DNA of 64,000 nt. It comes from Oculina patagonica. Taxonomy: Eukaryota. A program made the translations under genes and the position numbers. Location: positions 33,294,001 through 33,358,000 of the forward strand of contig NC_135763.1 in the NCBI RefSeq assembly GCF_052425735.1, given 5' to 3'. Shown here piece by piece: positions 46,875-56,161 of this stretch. The notes below the pieces were generated by a model. The model saw only the letters and a program-made list of their open reading frames with translations, had not been told where the DNA came from and searched no databases. The first letter of the stretch is position 1. Every line of letters begins with the position of its first letter.

Positions 46875-49800
46875 GATGAGTTTCCTTAGAAACTAATCAC
46901 ATGCATGATAAAATAACTAAGGCATACCTTCAGACTTTGTCTTGGACTTCTGTACCGCGGGATCCTCCACAATCGCTTGTCCTTTACTCACTGTCAGCAT
47001 CTCTGTGTGATCTCCTTCGATGACCTCCACGCTTGGCTTTGAGCTGAATTTTGCACCCTTTGGTGGGACATCGATTTCAATATTCTCAATCATAGGCTTG
47101 GTGATATTTTGCTTGAGTACCATCAGTGGTTTAACATATCCGGCGGTTCCAGCCTTGTTTGGAGGCATGATCCGGATCTCCTGTGTTTGTGGCACACCAT
47201 TCAACAGTTTTGGCTTTACTCGGAGAGTGTATTTGGCTACCAGTGGTTTTCTTCCAGGGGCCGGTGCCACTAAATTGGACTCTAGCTCTGAGGTCTCCGT
47301 GAGGCTCTTCACCTCATTCGGGTAAATCTCCGTGGTCTGTGTCGCTGTAGCGTTCTGTTGGTCCTTGGCTGTAAAATAAGTTAAAAAGAAACGGGTTTAG
47401 ACATTCATTTCCTTGTTGAATAGTCATGGAACTGACACGGTTTGTACATGATACAAACAGCGTATTGCGTATCGAGCCCCTCGTCGCTTCCGATGAATGG
47501 CCATCAGACCGGCCTTATTGGCCTTGCGGCGTATGTATTGCATAAAAAATGTCATTGCTCTTCAATATTTGTTTTTGAAGGAATGATATTTGAGAGTTTT
47601 TTACGTGCAAAAACCTCACTACACGCAATCAATCAATCTGTTAGTTGTCTGTAAAAAAAATGCTGCTCAAGGTCAAGAAGACATCATTTATTGTTTGAGG
47701 TAGTTGCATGGTTAATGCCTCTCTGGATCTACCACTGCTGGCCATAGACAGACAGCCTCCCTATTGATGACTAGTTAGACAACACAGGTTTTCAAGTTAG
47801 TCCGGTTTTGATCATAAAACTCTTGTAAGCAGTTGAACCCAATTGCCTTACCCTTGCAGAGGTTGCATCTCTTAGGACAATTAATCTGCCACCAGGTGTC
47901 GTTACAGTTGGAGTATCCGTAGGCACAATCTTTGTACAAGTCATCGCAGTAGACATTAAACACATAGGGCACTGTAGACGAAAAGTAGTAAAAAGTAGAA
48001 TGCATGGATCAATTTTAGTGGAAAGAACCTAATGTGTTAGACATAAGTGCCAAACGGTACGATTTAATGACAACTCGGCACACAATTTAAGGTGGCTGAT
48101 AACTGTTTTCAATAATTTACAGACCTTATACTTCGATGGGTCAGTTCTAAAACACTTTATCAACTAACATTACAGAAATGGTATGAAACAAATGCCCTAT
48201 CACTGGTCGACAAGTTGTGATCATTTTCTTGACTGGAAAATGCCTAAAACCGTTCTCAGTCACCTTAAATGGATCTACAAAACCTTTGCTAGATCGGAGC
48301 TTTTCTCTTTCTCTCTTGCTTGCTTGGTCGCTTTTCCTACTAGTAAGAATTCTTCATTACAATACCGTGAAAGTATGGAGAAGGGAATTTTCTACAGGCA
48401 GAATCATATCCCCCGTCTTCCATCAACGTAGGCCCCATGCGTGGGGTGAATGCGTGACAAAAGAGGTACTTACATGGCGGTGCCTTTGCCAGGTCGGGAC
48501 ATTTCTTGCAACCTTCTGGCCTTGGTTGTTTTTTGCAACATGTCCAGCTGTAATCCGACTGCTCAGGCTGATCCAGTCCTCCTGCTTGTGGATCTACTGT
48601 CACATCTTGGCTAAAAGACTGTCCTGTAGACGTCAAATCCACGGTACCTGCACCGGACAAAGTCACACTCGCGCCGTTAGGGTTAAATCTTCCTTGCATC
48701 TTACTTGACTCTTCCGAATTGACAAGATGAAGTCTGTGCTCAGAAGTTACCTCTTCTTGTGATAGGTGGAATGGTGGCAGAGATGAGACGCTCGAAGATG
48801 ATTCTAGTGATTCATCTTTAGATGGTTTGTCTTGGTGCAGCCCGGATATGCCAAGTGAAGACAATATCGTTTGTGGATTGGATTGATTTTGTGCGAGTGC
48901 TGGTGTTTCTGTCTGATTTTGCAGTGTTTGTGTTAATGAAGAATTCTGTGACAGAGACGCGTTCTGTGAAAATGACGAATTCTGTGATAATGACGAATTC
49001 TGTGACAGCTGCTCTACCAGTGACTGATTTTGTGAAGTGATGTTACCTTGTGCAAGAAAAATATGAACATCTTGTTTCTACTCATTAACTAACATTATGT
49101 CAATAATGAAGTGCACTAACTATAATATGACGAACCACCCAAATTCTCAAAATCAGCGTTCAACACGGAGGTGTATTTTATAAAAAAATGTTTCGTAAAA
49201 AGCTCAGAGTAGATGGCTGTTCATTTAACATGGGAACAAATCATAGTAGGGGAAGAACCGCCAGTTCCGCAGATTAGAGAATTGACAAAGTTCCGTCTCA
49301 GCAAAAATCAGCACTTGATCAGTTTTTACTAGAAAGTGCCATTGTTGTATGAAACTACAGTAAAATGCCTTTTGCTTAATTCTTGAGATCAAACAACTAA
49401 TTGTTTAGCGTCCATGTTTTGGACTTATACAACATTACCTGGTGCAACAGTCTGGTTGGAGGTGTTATTTGCTCCAGCAAATGCTCCAACCATGATGGTT
49501 TGATTTGTTTGGCTCACATTAGCCACGGCTGGTTCAAAGGTGTTATTAGTCGCCAGTGACACTGTCTGATTGATCAGTTGGATGGTCTCATTTGCGGCAG
49601 CTTCTGGTTGAGCAGCCACAGCTTGTTGGGCTGCAACAGGTGCTGCAGGCTGCTGAACAGCGGCGGCAGCAGCCTGTCCCACTTGAGGTACCGCTGGGTT
49701 AGCTGCTGCAGCGACAGCCGGAGCTGCCACTGCAGGCGCAGCTGGTTGGGCAGCTGCGAATGCAGCTGTTGCCTGAGACGCACCTTGAGCTTCAGGTGTA

Positions 49801-52800
49801 GCAGCATCAGGAACACCGACGGCGGGTGCAGTAGCAGCAGCAGTGGAATCTTGTGTACCGGTAGCCTGCTGTTGTGCACCGTTCTGCTGATTGGGGTCAG
49901 CAGCTTTTCCCTGGTCAACATAATGCATATTGACAGGGTGCTGCTCGGGGTATAGGAAAAGCCAGTTCCTATAATTGCCTTTGTAGTCAAAGAGGCTGTA
50001 GCTGGTTGTCGGCGGGGGTTGGTCGGCATTGGAACTTTTAGTTGGTGAATAGTCAGCTGGACGGCTGAGGAAGACAACGTCACGTCTGCCGCCATCGATA
50101 TTGTCTCGCTTGTCGACGACTTTAGAAGCGTGTTTGCTTTTGTGTTTCTTGTGTTTCATGCCAGTAACTGCATCCTTTTTGTTTCCCTTCTTGGAAATTC
50201 CGTGCTTCTTGTCCCCTTTTTTGTAATACAAGACTGCTGGAAGCTTCATGAAATCAGCGCCTACAATGTAGGTAGCCATTGCGTTAGAAATGCCTCTACA
50301 CCGCAGGGGTAAAGTTCTAGCTATGCTGGAGAGTGGTCTAGATAAACATTGAAAACATATCCGAAAAAACAAAGACACGAGAAACGAGCTGGAAGGCTAA
50401 ATAACGCGATAGGGGAGTCACCCGTGAGTATGTAGACAACAAAAACGCTCTGTTGCTCAAGACGCGTTACGCGTAGCTATGCGTGAAGACGAATATCTGC
50501 GGGTAAACTATTCCTGACGCAATATGGCACTTACCTTCATATTCACAGAGTCTGCACATTCTGGGGCAGTTCAGCTGAACCCATTCAGAAGCACAGTCCA
50601 GATCACTATACTTGACGCAATATGAGTGGTTGACGCAGAAGCTTCCTTTCGGAGCTGTGAGAAGTTTTAGAAAATGAAACGGCTTAAACTCAGGTCAAAG
50701 AGACTATATGGGTATTCGAGCAAGTGTACTAGCAACGACTTAGAGAATACCGTAAAATTCCGGTTATAAGCCCCCCGCTTATAAGCCCCCCCCGGTTATA
50801 GGCCCATCAACCTGGAAACAAAAAAATACATCCAGTTATAAGCTCCCGGATATAAGCTGATACAAGCCCTCCTCTCCCGAATGACAGTACTGAACAGGGC
50901 TAAATGTTGCATTTTTGTTTGTTTTAACTTAAAAGCGTATTTCTATCAACACTCCTGAGGCTCTTTTTGAAACGTTTTTTTCCTTCCGCTTATAAGCCCT
51001 CCCGAATATAAGCCCCTCCGCTTATAAGCCCACCCAAAAACCCTTACGAAGTTGTATAAGCCCAAGGCTTATAACCGGAATTCTACGGTACTCTCCTGCA
51101 ACGACTGCAGAAAGGCAAAGAAGGTATGGGTTACATAAAACAGATATATAAGGACAGATTTACCATTGTTTTTCTTGCTCCCACTTTTATGGACATGTTT
51201 GGATTTCTTGATAGCTGTTCAAAAAAATAAGAAGTAAAAAAGCCCAATGACTATAATCCATCTTAGCTTTTCAGAATCACAAAGACGGCAAGAAAAAAAA
51301 GTAAAATACAGTGTCGCGCTAAGTAATTGTAATCTATCTTTTTCTCCTTTTGTTTACATCAAGTACTAAAAGCGAGTACTGATCAGTAACAGCAAATTCC
51401 GATAAAAAGTCTTGCTTTTAAGTTTGGCACACGCAGCACTATCGAAAAACTAACTATCGAAAAAGTTTACTTTCTTGATTGCAAGCATTAATTTACTTGG
51501 CTGCGTTTTCGGATCTGCGCATTAATATCAGTATGGAGTTTTTTCCAGCAGTCCAATCCGAGTGTTAGGATTTTCTCTTTAAAAGTTACTTGTTTATTTA
51601 GCGGGTGAAAACCTTTTATGTCGCTGTAAGACGGCCATCATCATTTTTAGAGAACATTTTTCACAGTTTCGCGGATATCTAAATGAGCCAAACAATTACT
51701 AATCACAACTGTCATTTTCTTGAATACTCTACAAATTAAATTTATTGTGTAGCCATTCATTACTCGTGATCTCATTGAGAAAACGGGTGTTTTATTTGAA
51801 AGCTAGACGCCTTCAAATGAACTAACAAGTACCCGTGTGATTTTTGATCTTATGCTGAGAAATTCCAACAAGACCCGTAACGTTTACAGCGCCGAGCCCA
51901 AAATATAAGTCCTGTGCTTACATTTATTTTTATTTTATTTTTTTCGAATATGGTGGAGGTCAAAATGATATCTCCCAGTTGATGACTCTGTATTCTCATG
52001 CACCTATCTGGTTCACAATGTATTTAAATTATAAGGAGTATTTAAATCGTGATCACTGTCACGAAAAAGGGCTATAGTCTACTTAGTAGGATTTTCTTTT
52101 TTTATGTTTTTTTTTTAAAGAACTGAACTTAAATAGAACTTTTTATTTCGAATTGTGAAATTATCTATGCTCTATATCAACCTTGAAAAGGTTTCTTGCC
52201 TCTTGTTTGGCCGGACGCTATTCAAAATAATCTCGTAGAACATCTGAAAGCGTTTCTGGATTTTAAACATATCCTGGCTGTTCCTTTTTAGTCAGTCGAA
52301 CTCTGGACGAAAAAGCGAGTGCAATGTGGCGTTTAAAGGCCCGCATCTCAGGTCACTGCGCAACACTGAGCTACTGAGCAATCGTATTTTTCTCCACTTA
52401 ATCACAAAAGAAATTGACTTAGGCATGGTTTTAATGCCAGTTAGTCTGAGCAGTTTATAGAGAGGCAGTGTAAACAGACACATTTTCTGGTCGACTTTCC
52501 CAAGATATAATGTGTGTATTTTTACAAACTATGTCCTCCGAGATGTGTTGTTTTTGTTAAGGTTAAAGGCGAGAACAGGTATCACTGATCGGTTTATGTA
52601 AACTTAAACGGGTGCTGTTCTAAGAAAATGGCAAAACCGCCTTCATAAATTATTCAAAGCGATGAGAAAGAAACCATTTCGCCTGTCGAACAATAAAATT
52701 GCAATACATGAAGAATTCCTGTATGAAACCCTGCGCTTCAACGATCGGAGACAACTTTATGGCCGATTGGCGTTGAAGCTCAGAGCTGAAACTTTTCACT

Positions 52801-53041
52801 GTGTTTTTGCCACTTGAATTAACCTTATATACCATTAAATATATCAGTTATATAGACCAACGCAAGAAAGTAAAACAATAAAGTCAATAAATCCGATAAT
52901 TGAATTAAATAAGTCCAAATTGAAGCGCGTCAGTGGATAAATGTCGTATTTACCTTTAGCTTCCAAGAGTCCGTACTGTAGTCCCAAGAAAAGTAATACA
53001 AATAGCGCCTTTATGCCGTATCCTGTCGTCGTCAACTTCAT
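45140..53041 (-). CDS. Gene B: secreted mosaic protein, SP - K/H-rich - ShKT - K/H and A/Q-rich - SQNSS repeats plus 'GxG' module - ShKT - 'KP' module - T/A/Q-rich - ShKT; about 887 aa
   Basis: Join (minus): 52954-53041, 51164-51214, 50535-50654, 49439-50260, 48474-49046, 47852-47971, 46928-47368, 45975-46319, 45140-45243 (TAA). All phase 1. Acceptors at 50260 and 46319 are less certain and an N-gap lies in the last coding intron. 3'UTR intron 44837-45131. Confidence 0.82.
45759..45965. other. Assembly gap (N run)
   Basis: Ns, in the last coding intron of gene B. Confidence 1.
45975..46319 (-). CDS. Gene B exon: T/A/Q/D low-complexity region
   Basis: KETKPEQDSAAQPATDQTATDQ...AAYTN; /gtaagt donor; weak aaag/ acceptor. 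Confidence 0.78.
46474..46600 (+). mobile_element. Decayed RTE-like LINE 3' ORF fragment
   Basis: ATLEWRSEGRRRTCRPKTT*RR resembles the RTE C-terminal W.P.G.R.RGRP..TW motif. Confidence 0.55.
46828..46878 (+). repeat. (GAT)n microsatellite directly after AATAAA (retroposon-tail-like)
   Basis: taataaa(atg)n. Confidence 0.85.
46928..47368 (-). CDS. Gene B exon: 'KP' beta-rich domain
   Basis: KPLVAKYTLRVKPKLLNGVPQTQEIRIMPP...KPMIENIEIDVP...; 441 nt. Confidence 0.88.
47852..47971 (-). CDS. Gene B exon: ShKT domain 2
   Basis: PYVFNVYCDDLYKDCAYGYSNCNDTWWQINCPKRCNLC; 120 nt. Confidence 0.9.
48474..49046 (-). CDS. Gene B exon: SQNSS(L/F) repeats, 'GxG' module, CCx7CxxC motif
   Basis: GNITSQNQSLVEQLSQNSSLSQNSSFSQNASLSQNSSL...HRLHLVNSEESSKMQGRFNPNGASVTLSGAGTVDLTS...CCKKQPRPEGCKKCP; 573 nt. 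Confidence 0.85.
49439..50260 (-). CDS. Gene B exon: K/H-rich block, aromatic segment, A/Q/P-rich block, N-glycan sequon cluster
   Basis: Within ORF 49425-50378; ttgtag/ acceptor preceded by ctaac; /gtaatg donor; 822 nt. Confidence 0.83.
50535..50654 (-). CDS. Gene B exon: ShKT domain 1
   Basis: CVNHSYCVKYSDLDCASEWVQLNCPRMCRLC; 120 nt. Confidence 0.9.
50750..51088. mobile_element. TA-flanked MITE (Tc1/mariner-pogo-like) with internal TATAAGCCC repeats
   Basis: ta|ccgtaaaattccggttataagcc ... ggcttataaccggaattctacgg|ta. Confidence 0.82.
51164..51214 (-). CDS. Gene B micro-exon (AIKKSKHVHKSGSKKNN)
   Basis: 51 nt, aacag/ and /gtaaat, phase 1-1. Confidence 0.75.
52954..53041 (-). CDS. Gene B first coding exon: signal peptide
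   Basis: MKLTTTGYGIKALFVLLFLGLQYGLLEA/K, /gtaaat. Acceptor at 53050 implies an upstream 5'UTR exon (donor about 53597). Confidence 0.85.
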
Positions 53042-54518
53042 ATCGTTTTCTATTAAACAAAGGAAGAGCAGGTCACAGACCAGTCGTTAAGAGCAGGCCG
53101 GTGTTAAGAGTACACCTTAATTTGCATTCAATGGATCGCAATATTGTCTCAAAAGCTACTCTTAACAATACATTTTCCATGCATTTTGCACCATTTTTGG
53201 TAAAACGAAAAAGGAAAAGGCGATATTTTCTATTGCGTGTTTAACCCTGACTAATATCAAGTGATTCACATAAATGACAGTCATTCAAGTAAATAACAGC
53301 GCTTATTAGCCTCATTTGTGTTATCTACCACGTGTGCTACCACAGCATTTACCATGATTTCATTTCTTTACCTTTTTTTCATTTATCAGTTTAAAAAAAA
53401 TGCAGTTAGATAACAAATGATTCTTCGAAACGCAGTCCTACAATAACGAGATTTAAACGTAATAACAGGTTAAGTCAGAAAAAAATCTGACTAGTTAATA
53501 TACCTTTCTGTCAGTGTCATTCGAGCCCAGTTCTAAATCTTAAAAGAACTGAATCGATGACTCGTAAAGCAAACTTTTTTAAACTGTTATTCCTTACCTG
53601 GTATTTTTAGGGTTATAAAAAAGACATAGAGGAAAATACCAACGTCCCCTCCGTAAGGTTGTTTTGAATTTCAAAAATATGATAAGATTTAAAACAATAA
53701 TTTAGCGGCTCTTTCAGTCGATTAAAAATATGCTCCCATGATTCCTCGCGTGTCACGTGCTTGTTTGACCGAGAAGAATATTTCAGTCACTCGTGGGCTG
53801 GGTATGAATTAAGGGATGGTTTTCATGATTTTTTTTTATTATTATTTGTTTCTATAGCTTAAAATTTCTGAACTTTTGAAGTCGGTTTTCCTCAGCCTTG
53901 CCGAGACTATATTTACAAATGATTATAAAGTACATGATTATTTTTTATTGGTAGATCAAGCTTAAAAGTTACAGTTTTAGTCGAAAAGGGGTGTCATTTT
54001 CTAGCACATCCTCGTTGCAGCTCCGCTCGTTAAGTACTCGAGACTACTCCGAAAGTTTTCACGTCATCATGGCGCGAACAGTTGCTTAGAAACTTGGAGA
54101 CTAACACTTCGGGCTCAGTTCGGAGTCAGGAGACCGGACTTGTTCCTCCCGCTGTATCAAGCTATTGCCCCACGTGATTTTGTCTAACAGCTCAAAATAC
54201 AGATTCCATTTTTAATCGGACTCGCTTGTTTATAGAAACCTTAATTCCACGTACGCTTGCCAGGAGCATCGGTCGCCTGAGAAAAAGTCCTCTTGTTAAG
54301 GGAACAGAGGCTATGTATAATAATCTTTTTCAAATATAAACGAAATAAAGCGATTGAAAATGTCATTGTTGATATTTCAAACTCGCTTGACGGTTGACGT
54401 GTTCTTTCAGTTATATTACGATACGGTACCTTTTGAAGATATTGGAGAAGAAGCTACTCTAAACTGACACCTGAACTGATCCCCAACCATCTAATGACTA
54501 ATGTGTTCGAGCTCACAT

Positions 54519-54680
54519 NNNNNNNNNNNNNNNNNNNNNNNNNNNNNNNNNNNNNNNNNNNNNNNNNNNNNNNNNNNNNNNNNNNNNNNNNNNNNNNNNN
54601 NNNNNNNNNNNNNNNNNNNNNNNNNNNNNNNNNNNNNNNNNNNNNNNNNNNNNNNNNNNNNNNNNNNNNNNNNNNNNNNN
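54519..54680. other. Assembly gap (N run)
   Basis: Ns. Confidence 1.
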
Positions 54681-54854
54681 CAGTAAATCTTTATTGTGCC
54701 TTACACTCCAAAGGGAGGTATTGGTCTAGTTACAATAAAGGTGTTATAGCAACTATGCTAACAAAATTAATTACTTAATAACAAACAATGAAATTACAAT
54801 GCAAACGTTTACGGTAATTATTGGACTATTACTTATACAACTATTACTTAACTA

Positions 54855-54928
54855 CTGACTGACTGACTGACTGACTGACTGACTGACTGACTGACTGACT
54901 GACTGACTGACTGACTGACTGACTGACT
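54855..54928. repeat. (CTGA)n microsatellite
   Basis: About 18 perfect units. Confidence 0.95.
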
Positions 54929-55819
54929 TAGAAACCTAAATTCCACGTACGCTTGGCCATTTTCCTTTAAAAATAGCTTAAGATTTGGACGCTTTTATGT
55001 CTGTTGGTAATGAAGTCCACAGCATTTCTCCTCTACATGAACGTAGTCCAGACAGACAGACGGACAGATAGAAGGACGAACAGACAGAAGAACCGTCGCA
55101 CGGACGAGCACATATTAAAATAGAGCTGGAGATCTGATAGAATTTACTTCATAGGCAACTGAGGTATGTGAGACGACAGACTTATTAATTCTCTTTACAG
55201 CCAATACGAGTCGCTAATAAAAAGATAAACTCTTCAGCGAGGGACGTTGTCTTGTTGCAACACTTAATTCTGCAAACTAGCATTGAAAGTAAAGTAAAGC
55301 AATCTACGAGAGTAATTGTGTTGGGATGAAAATACGAGTTACATGACAAGGTGACATAAAAGATAAAAAGTGAATATAAAACACAGCATTAATGGAAGTA
55401 CGATATACACTTTATTAAATAAAAGCTTTATTTCGGCGTATTACAGGATCTGTAGCATGCATATTCAAAACTCAAAGTTTTTAATTAAGTTGCCACCTGA
55501 AAAAAGAAAGAATAACAAAATATTGCATTGAGAAATACTGCATAAATAACCTCAATGGTCATTCTAGCATTACTGCCGAATCAGTTGTCTAGTTTAAAGC
55601 AATTTCTGTTTGTGTCTCAAATTAAACCACCTACAAAACTAAGGAACTTTACTTAGCAAAAAGTACTTGATGAATAATGAATACGTAATTTTTATCCAAC
55701 TATTTGAAAGGAATCAGAGGAATTTATTTTCAGGTTAATGATCTAGAGGAAACTCCTTCAGTTCATTAAAAGGAGACACTTCTTGCTTTTAATAAATTCA
55801 ATTTTACAGCTTTTTTGGC

Positions 55820-56161
55820 TTAGTGGCCCTTTGTCTTTGGCTTGTCGTGTTCAGTTTGCACTTTCTTAATTTGTTTGACTTTCTTTTCGATTTTATCATT
55901 GTTCACTTTCTTGGCCACTTTCTTCTGCACAACTTTTGGCTTTGCATCCTTCACGAGCTTCACGTGCATCGCCTTCCCGGGAGCGTCGTTAAACTTGATT
56001 GGCTGGTTGACCAGCTTAGCGACCACGGGCTCGCCTCCTGGGTCCGTGTCAAGTCTGATTGGCTTGTCTGGTTTGTCCTCACTCTTGACTTCCCCTGAAG
56101 CTTTATCGTCATCGTCATCATCTTCATCTTCATCATGTGAGCTTCCTTCTCCACTAACATC
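55820..56161 (-). CDS. Gene A last coding exon: acidic SG site, duplicated PIx..PG..KLV motif, Lys-rich tail
   Basis: DVSGEGSSHDEDEDDDDDDKASGE...KPIRLDTDPGGEPVVAKLVNQPIKFNDAPGKAMHVKLVKD...KTKGH*. Confidence 0.87.
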   Translation of the reverse strand, partial: DVSGEGSSHDEDEDDDDDDKASGEVKSEDKPDKPIRLDTDPGGEPVVAKLVNQPIKFNDAPGKAMHVKLVKDAKPKVVQKKVAKKVNNDKIEKKVKQIKKVQTEHDKPKTKGH

